A stretch of 52,888 bases of DNA, from the NCBI GenBank assembly GCA_965205655.1, contig CBDBIJ010000081.1:1-52888 (forward strand), given 5' to 3'. The notes below the pieces were generated by a model. It did no database searches. It was given only the letters and a program-made list of their open reading frames with translations, and was not told the origin of the DNA. This document shows positions 1 to 9,509 of this stretch, piece after piece. The position numbers were made by a program, and so were the translations under genes. The stretch's first letter is position 1; the number at the start of each line of letters is the position of its first letter. The stretch comes from Candidatus Latescibacterota bacterium. GTDB taxonomy: Bacteria > Latescibacterota > UBA2968 > UBA8231.

Positions 1-1
1 T

Positions 2-836
2 GTCAAAGAGCGCCTGTGGATCGATCGCAAGCGCCTCTTCCACGAGAAAAACTGCATCGAGATTTCTGAGCCAGATTCTACCTCCACACGTCATTCCGGA
101 TGTTCTGCTCGAGGACCGAACGAACTTCGTTCTGGTGACCAGCGCGCCACCTAGAGACGCGTTGGTGTGGGAAGAGGAGTTGGGCTCGGGCCGCATCGAC
201 CTGCAGATCGCCGCCCAATGCGGCGAACTCCTGGCGACGGTTCACAATCAGACGGCTGATGCCGGCGACCTCAAGAGGATGTTCAAGGAGACGAAGTCCT
301 TCGAGCAGCTCCGCATCGATCCCCTTTTCAAGCACCTGGCGAATTCGTTCCCGGACTTGAAAAAGGTAGTCGAAGACCAGTCCCGGAACTTGCTCAAGAC
401 TCACCACACCCTCGTGCTCGGCGACCTGCGTCCGCGCAACGTGTGGCTCAACGGGGGTCAGGTGTACCTCGTGGACTTCGCCACCGCCCACTTCGGCAGT
501 CCCTCCTTCGACCTGTCGTTCTATTCGAGCGATCTGTGTTTGAAGGCGGTGTTGAACAGCTCTCAGAAGGCCGCCTACCTCGAGGGTATCAACGTCTTCT
601 GGACCTCCTATTTCAGGATCGCAGCGTATTCGAGACGGCAGGAGGTGGAGAAAAACGCGGTGCGCGACTTTGGTTGCCTGCTCTTGAGCGCCGCCAGCAA
701 CAGTCGGTCGACTCTCGAGCTGGACGATCAGACGAGAGATCTGATCAGCCGTATCGCCGAGAGTCTTCTTTTCACCGAGCTGGAGAAGATCGAGGACATC
801 ACCGAGTTCATCAATCGGACTCTCATCGACGGCTGA
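2..836 (+). CDS. Aminoglycoside phosphotransferase / methylthioribose kinase-like protein (5'-partial; +1 frameshift near nt 62-65)
   Basis: Kinase-like motifs LGDLRPRN (HxDxxxxN-type) and VDFATAHFGSPSFD, plus 'FEQLRIDP'. Upstream frame 2 (VKERLWIDRKRLFHEKNCIE) joins frame 3 if one T is removed from gatttctg. Confidence 0.75.
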   Translation, partial: SKSACGSIASASSTRKTASRFLSQILPPHVIPDVLLEDRTNFVLVTSAPPRDALVWEEELGSGRIDLQIAAQCGELLATVHNQTADAGDLKRMFKETKSFEQLRIDPLFKHLANSFPDLKKVVEDQSRNLLKTHHTLVLGDLRPRNVWLNGGQVYLVDFATAHFGSPSFDLSFYSSDLCLKAVLNSSQKAAYLEGINVFWTSYFRIAAYSRRQEVEKNAVRDFGCLLLSAASNSRSTLELDDQTRDLISRIAESLLFTELEKIEDITEFINRTLIDG

Positions 837-901
837 CTCACACACCCCCCGACCCCAGCTCCGCCCCAGCGCTTCGAGCCCCTCGCTCTAAGAGCCCGGC
901 T

Positions 902-1990
902 CTAGTGTTCCGTCGCAGAAATACATTGACATAGTCGTTTGACCTTGGCAAGGATCGAGTCGGCCGTGGCCGTCCACACAAAGGGATGGGCATTGGCGTT
1001 CCATTTGTCGGTGTAGCGCTCGATCCTCTGAATGAGCTCTTTGACCTTGCGGAATGAGCCACGCCGGATGGCTCGCCGCGTGATGATGTTGAACCAGATC
1101 TCGACCTGGTTGAGCCACGAGGCGTAGGTCGGAGTAAAGTGGAGGTGGAATCGGGGCCGGCTGGCCAACCACTTCTTGACGCTGGCGTACTTGTGGGTGC
1201 CGTAGTTGTCGACGATCAAGTGAACGTCCAGATCCGCAGGCACGTTCGCGTCGATATGGCGTAGGAACTGCAAAAAACTCCTGATGGCGATGACGAGGCT
1301 TGCACTGAGTCAGGACTTCACCGGTGGCCACATCCAGAGCGGCAAACAGCGTTGTGGTGCCGTGTCGCTTGTAGTCGTGGGTGACGCCCTCCGCGTAGCC
1401 CAGGCCCAGCGGCAGCAACGGCTGACTGCGCTCCAGAGCCTGCACTTGGCTCTTCTCGTCAACGCACAGGACGACGGCATGGTCGGGCGGGTTGAGATAC
1501 AAGCCCACAACATCGCGCACCTTATCCACGAAGAAAGGATCAGTGGACAGCTTGAAATTCTGGGTCCGGTGCGGCTGTAAGCCGAATGTGCGCCAGATGC
1601 GATGGACCGCGTCCTTGGTCAGGCCGGTCTCCTCGCCCATGGAGCGCACCGTCCACTGGGTTTTGTCCTCCGGCTTGGTCTTCAGTGTCTTGTATACCAC
1701 CTCGGCCACTTGTTCGTCCGAGATCGATCGGGGCGCACCGGGTCGCAGCTCGTCGTACAACCCGTTGAGGCCGTTTTCCACGAAGCGACGACGCCACTTG
1801 CCGACGGTCACTTGTGACAGCCCCACAGCTTCGCCGATGGCCTTGTTGGGCCATCCCTCGGCGGCCAGCAACACGATCTCGGCGCGTCGCACCAAACCGT
1901 GCGGCAGGGATCGAGATTTGGCCATTGATTCCAATTGCTGCCGAGTTTGCCCCGTCATTTCGAGAGGTGGAAGAAAGCGTCCGCGTGGCA
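902..1990 (-). CDS. IS630 transposase (frameshift at A6 run 1272-1277)
   Basis: N-terminal HTH ([28 protein letters not shown]). DDE motifs [47 protein letters not shown]. The two ORFs join by removing one base. Confidence 0.93.
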
Positions 1991-2085
1991 TGAGTTTCCT
2001 CCGTTCCTTGTTTGTGGAATAGGTCTGGATGAAACTTAACCACACAACTGTACTAGTACAAGTTATTTGTACGACAATACACTAG
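902..2085 (-). mobile_element. IS630-family insertion sequence, about 1.18 kb, flanked by CTAG
   Basis: CTAG at 902-905 and 2082-2085. Imperfect terminal inverted repeats TAGTGTTCCGTCGCAGAAATACATTG versus reverse complement TAGTGTATTGTCGTACAAATAACTTG. Encloses a transposase. Confidence 0.9.
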
Positions 2086-3437
2086 TCCAGTCGGAAGAAG
2101 GTGCCGGCAACGTGGCGGATGACCTCCGGTTCCTGGATAGGCTCTTCCTGGTCTTTGGCACAGAACCAGTAGGCCGTGAAGATGCGACCGTCCGGCAACT
2201 CGGTGAGCACCTGGTAGCCGAAGTCCCAGCCGTAGGCGTCGCCGCGTACGACAAACTCCTCGCTCCAGGTTTCGCCCATATCCTCGCTCATCACACCGAC
2301 AATGCCGCGGTTGCCGGGGCTGGGCGTGCGCCGCGCGAACAGGATGAGGATGCGACCGTCCCGAAGCACGAGGGCCGAGGGGCAGCGCCGGCGGTTGGCC
2401 CGGGATGCTTCGTTGAGCGGACGCTCGGGCAAGGGATCGCTCATGTTGCCGTAGTGAGTGCCCGGGCCGGTGACGTAGCGCGGTTCGGACCAGGTCATGC
2501 CGTCGTCCTCCGAAAAGGCGACGCAGGGATTCTCGGGAGGATGTTTGTGCATGCTGCACATCACGCGTCCGTCCGGCAGCCGATGCACGCCCGAATAGTT
2601 GAATCCGGCGATCTCGTTTCCGCCCCCGAACTCGGCGATGCCGCTGCTGACTCGAACGACTTCGCTGCAGAACTCCCACGAGATGCCGTTGTCGTAGCTC
2701 ACATAGTAGCACTGGGCGTTGCGCCGATAGACGCCACCGACGATGCCGAGTACTCCGTTGTCGAAGCGGACATGGCCCAGATTGACGGAGAGATAGCCGC
2801 CGTCGGGGGCCCAGCCCGGGCTCTCGATCACGGTCGGGTTGCCCTCCCAGGTGCGGCCCCGGTCACGGCTGCGCAGGCTGATAGAAGGGGCGTGGTGTCT
2901 GCGGCCGGGGTTGTAGGTTTTCGCCTCGAGCGTCTTGCCGTCAGTCCCCCGGTTGCCGATGGGGTATCTGAGATAGTCACCGTGACAGAAGTGGATGATG
3001 GAGTCGTTGTCGCCCAGGTCGATCTCTTCGCGTTCATGGCGCGGCCGCGGGCGCAGCCAGTCGAGGATCTCATCGACGGTGCCGTTGTTGTTCCAGATCC
3101 ACTGGTGCTGATCGTCGGGCCAGGTCTCGCCGTAGTTGAAGGAGCGGCTCAGCATGATCCCCGTTTCGCTGCCCCAGCGTTCGTGGGTGTTCCACGTGTG
3201 GCGTGGCCCTCCGGCGTGGCGCTGCCAGGTCTTGTTGTAGCTGTCATCCATGGTCTTGTAATCCATGGGGACGGCGGCGTAGGCGACGGCGATCTCGCCG
3301 TCACCGAAGTTCCAGATACCGCCGCGATTGGTGGCGTAGAAGTACATGTCCGGGTCGCGGTGGATGATGATGTTGCGAGGGTCCTGGACCTCCACCTTGC
3401 GCACGCCGACTCGTCGTCTCGATGAATGCTGTGCCAT
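2082..3437 (-). CDS. BNR/Asp-box sialidase-family beta-propeller protein
   Basis: Five Asp-boxes: SFNYGETW, SRDRGRTW, SYDNGISW, SEDDGMTW, SEDMGETW. C-terminal 'DFGY..LTELPDGRIFTAYW'. No signal peptide evident. Confidence 0.8.
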   Translation of the reverse strand: MAQHSSRRRVGVRKVEVQDPRNIIIHRDPDMYFYATNRGGIWNFGDGEIAVAYAAVPMDYKTMDDSYNKTWQRHAGGPRHTWNTHERWGSETGIMLSRSFNYGETWPDDQHQWIWNNNGTVDEILDWLRPRPRHEREEIDLGDNDSIIHFCHGDYLRYPIGNRGTDGKTLEAKTYNPGRRHHAPSISLRSRDRGRTWEGNPTVIESPGWAPDGGYLSVNLGHVRFDNGVLGIVGGVYRRNAQCYYVSYDNGISWEFCSEVVRVSSGIAEFGGGNEIAGFNYSGVHRLPDGRVMCSMHKHPPENPCVAFSEDDGMTWSEPRYVTGPGTHYGNMSDPLPERPLNEASRANRRRCPSALVLRDGRILILFARRTPSPGNRGIVGVMSEDMGETWSEEFVVRGDAYGWDFGYQVLTELPDGRIFTAYWFCAKDQEEPIQEPEVIRHVAGTFFRLD

Positions 3438-3485
3438 TATATATGGTTTCCTTTCGGGGTTGATCGAACGGGCGTCTGGGGCATT

Positions 3486-5281
3486 CTAGGCCGGGCTGTC
3501 CTCGACCCAGTCGTCGCGGCTGACGTCGGCGAGCAGCTCCTGGGCCTCGATCATTCGCCGGTAGGGGCCGTCGTCTGTCAACAGCTGGGCGTGGCGCCCC
3601 GTCTCCACGACGCGGCCCTGCTCGAGGACGACGATGAGGTCGGCGTGGCGCACCGTCGACAGGCGATGGGCGATGACGAGGGTCGTCCGGTTCGCCATCA
3701 GGCGGCTGAGGGCCTCCTGGATGAGCAGCTCGGTGTGGGTATCGACGGCAGAGGTCGCCTCGTCGAGAATGAGGATGGGCGCATCCGAGAGCAGGGCGCG
3801 GGCGATGGCGAGGCGCTGCTTCTGGCCCCCGGAGAGGCGCACACCACGCTCGCCGATAACGGTGTCGTAGCCTTCGGGGAGCTGCTCAATGAACTCGTCG
3901 GCATTGGCGGCGGCTGCGGCGGCGCGCAGGTCGGCATCGGGGATTGCCGTCTTTGCCGCCGTGGAGGTCGCCTCCACGCCCGAACCCAATGTTTTCGGCC
4001 ACGGTACCGTGGAAGAGAAACACGTCCTGGTCCACCGACGCGATGTGGCCGCGCACCCAGGCCAGCGGCAGCTCGCGCACGTCGTGGCTGCCGATGCGGA
4101 CGGCGCCCTGCTGCGGGTCGTAGTAGCGCGGCAGCAGGTGCGAGATCGTCGTCTTGCCCGCCCCCGTGGGTCCCACGAGGGCGACGACAGCGCCGGCTGG
4201 TACGTGGAAATCGACGTCGTGCAGCACCGGGCCATCGGGTTCGTCGTAGGCGAAGGTGATACGGTCGAAGTGCACGTCCCAGGTAGCGGTATTGGGGATG
4301 CTGGCGTGGGGCGCGTCGACGATGTCGGGCTCGACGGCGAGCAGCTGGAAGACGCGGCCGGTGCTGACGGCGGCCTTCTGCAAAACATCATTGATCGATG
4401 CCAGCTGCAGGAAGGGCTGGTAGATGTGGCCGAGGTAGACGATGAAGACGAAGAGGTCGGCGACGCTGATGCGGTCGGCCAGGGCCGCCGTGCCGCCGGT
4501 CCAGATGACGAGCACGATGCCGATGCCGCCGGCAGCCTCGACGAGGCCGGCGGGAATGAGGGAGACGGAGTTCGCCTGAATGGAGGCGTCGCGGAAGGCA
4601 CTGCTGTGATGCTCGACGCGCCGCGCCGCGCGCTCCTCCTGGACGAAGGCCTTGATGACGCGGATGCCGGCGTAGTGGTCATGGACGCGGGCGACGAGCT
4701 CCGACAGCCGCGAGCGCACGTGGCCCCACAGCCGGTGCACACGGCGGACGAAACGGAAGACGAGAAAGCCGGCGACGGGGATCGGCAGCAGGGGTGATGG
4801 CGGCGAGCTCGGGGTCGAGCGTGAAGAGGACGACCATCATCGCCGTGGGGATGACGAAAGCGAGGATGGTCTCGGGCACGCCGTGGGCGATGAAGTCCTC
4901 TACGGCCTCGATGTCGTTGATGGAGCGCGAGATGAGATTGCCGGTGCGCTCGCCGGCAAAGAATCGATGCGGCAGGCTCTGCACGTGCCGGTAGACGCGC
5001 ACCATCAACTCGTGGAGGGTGCCGTAGGCGGCCTGGTGGGAGAACCGCCCGTAGCCATAGCGCGTGGCGCCGCGTAGCAGGTAAACGCACAGGAGGCCGG
5101 CGCTGAGCAGCAGGAGCTCGTCGGGGGTGCCACCGCCCTCCGTGATCCAGGCGATGAGCTGGCGGATGAGCAGCGGCGGCACCAGATTGGCGCCGGCGAA
5201 CAAGAGGCCGCACAACACCGACAGGGTCAGCAGCCGGCGGCGTCCGGCGAGGATATTCCAGAATTGGGCGAGGAAAGCCAT
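3486..5281 (-). CDS. ABC transporter, fused permease/ATPase (MsbA-like); two +1 frameshifts (~4791-4794 and ~3940-3985)
   Basis: TM domain, Walker [10 protein letters not shown], signature LSGGQKQR, Walker [10 protein letters not shown] and IAHRLST, spread over three overlapping frames. Confidence 0.88.
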
Positions 5282-5351
5282 GGGCAGAGAACAACGGGAT
5301 CGGAGCCGCCGTTGGCGAATCCGATGCAGCGAGCCTGATTTTTCGCTGGTA

Positions 5352-5981
5352 CTAGTCGCCCAGCGCTGCGAGGATGTGGGCTGCCACGACTCTGGCGAGT
5401 TCCGCCGAACCCTCGGGGGTGAAGTGCACGTCACCGGGGTTCTGGATAGCGGCGAGGCGTTCCAGGGCGTAAGCGTGGAGGTCGTTGATGGAGATGCCGT
5501 GGGCGCGCATGATGCTCTCGGCCGCTACATTGTAGGGGATCTCGTCTCCCTTCGTGCGGCGGCCGGAGCCTTTGGGCACGGGCGTGGTCGTGCACCAGAT
5601 GAGTGAGGCGCGGGTCTGTTCCAGGCGTTCGGTCAGGCTGCTCAGGTTGGTTTCGTACTGATCGATGGGTACCTGGTGCCGGCCGTCTTCCGGAGTAGCG
5701 CGCTCATCTTGCTCGTTCATGTGCTTGATGTCGTGCAGACCAAAGTTGAAGTGGATGACATCCCAGGGACCATCGCCGAGCCAGGCATCGAGTTCTGCCA
5801 CGCCGTAGCTTGTGGGGCCGCAGTTCGCGGGTGGGCGGTGGATGTTGGCCTTGTCCCGGAGCAGCTCGCGCACGGGGAGGGTGTAGGCTATGGAGATGGA
5901 ATCGCCGATGAGAAGGACGCGCGGCAGGCCGGGAACGTCCTGGATGGGCTCGTAGGGTTCGGGGGTGTCTGGTGTGCTCAT
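5352..5981 (-). CDS. SGNH/GDSL hydrolase
   Basis: LLIGDSIS, FNFGLHD and DVHF motifs. Confidence 0.88.
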   Translation of the reverse strand: MSTPDTPEPYEPIQDVPGLPRVLLIGDSISIAYTLPVRELLRDKANIHRPPANCGPTSYGVAELDAWLGDGPWDVIHFNFGLHDIKHMNEQDERATPEDGRHQVPIDQYETNLSSLTERLEQTRASLIWCTTTPVPKGSGRRTKGDEIPYNVAAESIMRAHGISINDLHAYALERLAAIQNPGDVHFTPEGSAELARVVAAHILAALGD

Positions 5982-6173
5982 GGGTTTCGGCTTCACTCGC
6001 TGGAGAGGCGGGCAAGCAGGCTGACAGCAAGCGTATTGACATTTACTGTTTGGTCAAGGACGCTCCCTACGCCGATAGCACCGGCGATCCGCCCGATGAG
6101 AGCTCCTATGCGACCTGGGATAATCCCCTTAGATTCAACTCCCGACCTTCACACAAATTAGGGTTACGCTGAC

Positions 6174-7366
6174 ATGAAGATCACAGATGTGAAATGCGCG
6201 GTCCTTGGCACCAATCCGGTCGTTCGAGTCACGACCAATGAGGGTATCAGTGGGCTCGGTGCCATGGAGTCGGGCAGGGCCTACAACCGGGAGCAGGTTC
6301 CTTTCTACAAGGGCCGCATTCTGGGCGAAGATCCCACGAGCGTCGAACGGGTGATGATGAGCATCCGCAGGCTGGGGGCCTTCAAGCCCTGGGGCAGCGT
6401 GGTCAGCGCCATCGAGATGGCTTTGTGGGATATCGCCGGAAAGGCGGCGGGCCTGCCCATCCACAGGCTGCTGGGCGGCAAGGTCCGCGACAAGGTGCGG
6501 GTGTACAACGGCGGTCTGCGTTTCCCCATGGACGGCTCCTCTCCGGAAGCCTACGCAGACAACATGGCCAGGATGAAGGCGGCCGATGAAGGGTTCACCA
6601 TCATCAAACAGGGGGTCGTCTTCCACAGCGGGATGCCGACCGAGGTCCCCAACTTCTTTTACGGTGACCGGATCGGGAATGCACATTACGCCAGCCGCGG
6701 ACCCATGACCGAGCGCGGGCTGAAGCATGTCGTCTCCTGCGTAGAGGCCATGAAGGGGGGTCCTGGGAGACGAGGTCGGCCTGGCGCTGGACTGCGGACC
6801 GGGAATGGCCGTCTCCGATGCCATCAGACTCGCCCGGGTGCTGGAGCCCTACAACCTGATGTGGCTCGAAGACATGATCACCGGAGACTACACGCCCTAC
6901 GTTCTGGCCGATCTCTATCGCGAGGTGACGCGCAGCACGTCGATTCCGATCCACACCGGCGAGCAGATCTACCTGCGACAGAATTTCAAGGAGCTCTTCG
7001 AGAAGCAGGCGATAAACGTCGTCGGACCCGACCCCTGCGACGTCGGTGGTCTGGCGGAATTGAAGTGGGTGGCCCGAGTACGCCGACCTCAACGGCATCC
7101 TGATGGCACCCCACGGAACGGCTGTCGGTCTGATCGGTCTGGCAGGGCTGGTGCAGGTTGCGGCGGTCATGCCGCAGAATTTCATGGCCTTCGAGTATCC
7201 TGTAGGTCGACCGGAATGGTGGTATGATATCGTCGAGGGGCTGCCGGACCCCATCGTCACGGACAGCTTCATAGAGGTCTGGGACACTCCGGGGCTGGGT
7301 GTAGAGATCAACCCGGAGGCGGCGGCACAGTATCTGCAGGAAGAGGACGCGGATTTCTTCGATTAG
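6174..7366 (+). CDS. Mandelate racemase/muconate lactonizing enzyme (enolase superfamily); +1 frameshifts at ~6755-6760 and ~7073-7075
   Basis: SAIEMALWDIAGKAAGLPIHRLLGGKVRD; ALDCG, WLED, IHTGEQ, GPDPCDVGG, MAPH; PGLGVEIN. Confidence 0.9.
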
Positions 7367-7433
7367 CGCCGCGGCGATTCGTGGAGCAACATAGCCGGTA
7401 GAGGGCTTGCGTCGGTTACATCTCCCCGGCTAA

Positions 7434-9509
7434 TTGATGCAGGTGTCCGATTCGAATTCGATCTTTCTCGAAGGTCCTGCCGGCGCCGGCAAGACCACAC
7501 GGGCCATATCCCGGATTCAATCTCTGATTGATTCGGGCATCCAACCCGGCAACATCCTCCTCCTGACGCCACACCGCAGCTACACTCTGCCATATCAGGA
7601 AGCGTTCGATCTACAAACATGGTACGGCCTCGGCAAGGCGACGATCGGTGGCCTGGCCCGGCGCTACGTCTCCCTGTTCTGGCCCGAGATTCCGCCGCGC
7701 GCGAAGTACTCATTCTTGGAGACCCGGGAGCCGACGTTCCTGACCTACGAGGTGGCCCAGTACTTCATGGCCCGTCTCGTGTCGCCTCTGCTGGAGCAGG
7801 GCTACTTCTCGGATCTGAAGCTGACGAGGCACCGGCTCTACAGCCAGCTTCTCGACAATCTCAACAAGCCAGCCGTCAACGACATTCCCCTCGACGATCT
7901 GAGCAGCTATCTGCAGGCGGCGAGGATCTCCGATGAGACAGCAAAGAGCAGGGTCGATGAGATTTCGAGCACGGTCGTGTCCTACCGTGAGTTCTGCGCG
8001 ACACACAATCTCATCGACTTCTCGCTCTATCTCGAGCTCTTCCGCGATCTGATCAGGGAAGTGGAGGCGGCGCGTAGCTATCTCTACGCCCAGTACCGAC
8101 ACATCGTCTACGACAACTGCGAGGAGGATGTGCCGCTGGCGCACGAGCTCATCCGCGAGTGGATGCGGCACCCGGATTCCCAGTTGGAGTCCGTCCTCAT
8201 CATCTTCGATCGGGAGGCGGGATTCAGGAAGTTCCTGGCGGCGAACCCGCACAGTGCCCGCGGCCTGGCGCAGGAGTGCGCCGAGTCGGAGGTGCTCGAG
8301 GAGACCCCACACACACCGAAACCGCTGTTGAATTTCGGCTACTGCCTCATCAACGCGATCGCGAATGCGTCGCTCCACGAGGTCGGGCCAGGCTCAGGGG
8401 AGCGTCACGTTCACGTCTACTCCGACCGCCTTCATTACCAGATGGTGCTGCGGGTCGTGCGCCGGGTCGCGTCTCTGGTCGAAAGTGGCCTCTCGCCGCA
8501 GGAGATCGTCATCATAAGTCCCTTTGTGAGCGACAGTCTCTACCATGCTCTGTCGACGGGGCTCGAGCGGGCCGGCCTCGACTACTACTGTCATCGTCCG
8601 TCCCGATCGTTGCGGGATGAACCAGTGACGAAGGTGCTGCTGACGCTTGCCGAGCTCGCCCATCCCTCCTGGGAGCTGGCGCGGCCGTCGCAGGAGGCCG
8701 TCGGTCACATGTTCACGGCGATTCTGGCCGACGCAGACCTCGTGCGCTCGGCGGTGCTGGCGGCGGCGGTGTACGCTCCAATCCCCGGGGGGCTGAAGCC
8801 GTTCGACGAGGTGCGGGCCGATGTCCGGGACAGGGTGACATACCGTCTCGGCGAATCCTACGAGAGGCTGCGGGTCTGGCTCGAGGAGTACGTGTCGAAG
8901 GAGGCGCTGCCAATCGATCATTTTCTGAGCCGCGTTTTTGGGGAGCTTCTGTCACAGCCGGGGTTTGGGTTCTACAAGGACATGCAGGCGGGGGCGCACG
9001 TTGGATCTCTGATGGAGTCGGCGCGCAAGTTCCGGCGGGCGGTCTCGGATGTGCTCGAGCGCGAAGCGGAATCGGTCGGCAAGGCGTATGTGGAGATGGT
9101 GCGGGAGGGAGTGGTATCCGGGTTCTACGCGGTCGAATGGGCCGATCAGCCGGACGCCGTCCTGATCGCGCCGGCTCACACCTTTCTGGTTCGCAATCGC
9201 AGTTGCGCTCATCAGCTCTGGGTCGATGTCGGGAGCACGGCGTGGCATCGCCGCATTCATCAGCCGCTGACGAATCCGTACGTGCTGAGCAAGGACTGGA
9301 ACAGGGACGACCAGTGGTCGGCGGTGTGGGAGCAGCGTTTCGAAACGGAGCGGCTGACGCGGATTGTGTCGGGGTTGGTCAGGCGCTGTACGGACTCGCT
9401 CCACCTCTTCGCCAGCGAGCTGAGTGCTCACGGGCAGGAGCAGACCGGGGATCTGCTCGTGGCGCTGGGGTACGCGATGCGAGAGCTGCCGGGGGAGTGG
9501 GATTCATGA
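7434..9509 (+). CDS. Degenerate SF1 helicase-like protein (AddB/AdnA/RecC-like partner, no nuclease domain)
   Basis: Walker A GPAGAGKTT and a UvrD-like motif Ia region (GIQPGNILLLTP). 'LIDFSL' and 'EIVIISP' are present, but motif II is degenerate (VYDNCEED) and motif VI is eroded. ATGA overlap with the next gene. Confidence 0.65.
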   Translation: MMQVSDSNSIFLEGPAGAGKTTRAISRIQSLIDSGIQPGNILLLTPHRSYTLPYQEAFDLQTWYGLGKATIGGLARRYVSLFWPEIPPRAKYSFLETREPTFLTYEVAQYFMARLVSPLLEQGYFSDLKLTRHRLYSQLLDNLNKPAVNDIPLDDLSSYLQAARISDETAKSRVDEISSTVVSYREFCATHNLIDFSLYLELFRDLIREVEAARSYLYAQYRHIVYDNCEEDVPLAHELIREWMRHPDSQLESVLIIFDREAGFRKFLAANPHSARGLAQECAESEVLEETPHTPKPLLNFGYCLINAIANASLHEVGPGSGERHVHVYSDRLHYQMVLRVVRRVASLVESGLSPQEIVIISPFVSDSLYHALSTGLERAGLDYYCHRPSRSLRDEPVTKVLLTLAELAHPSWELARPSQEAVGHMFTAILADADLVRSAVLAAAVYAPIPGGLKPFDEVRADVRDRVTYRLGESYERLRVWLEEYVSKEALPIDHFLSRVFGELLSQPGFGFYKDMQAGAHVGSLMESARKFRRAVSDVLEREAESVGKAYVEMVREGVVSGFYAVEWADQPDAVLIAPAHTFLVRNRSCAHQLWVDVGSTAWHRRIHQPLTNPYVLSKDWNRDDQWSAVWEQRFETERLTRIVSGLVRRCTDSLHLFASELSAHGQEQTGDLLVALGYAMRELPGEWDS

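Noticed and set aside
1270..1280. Programmed frameshift in the IS630 transposase
   Set aside because: The break is a T6 run inside the DDE domain needing removal of one base, the same pattern as the other homopolymer errors. It is not the usual A-rich -1 site between the HTH and DDE domains.
2067..3425. Long antisense or alternate-frame ORFs (2067-3425, 9428-11368, 23219-25417, 44593-45585 and similar)
   Set aside because: Shadow ORFs of real genes, expected in high-GC DNA. They have no motifs and show biased Arg/Ala/Gly/Pro or antisense-type composition.
9137..9505. 123-aa N-terminal extension of the UvrD helicase in the ORF track
   Set aside because: It overlaps the upstream gene. The Q motif begins right after ATG 9506, which forms an ATGA coupling.
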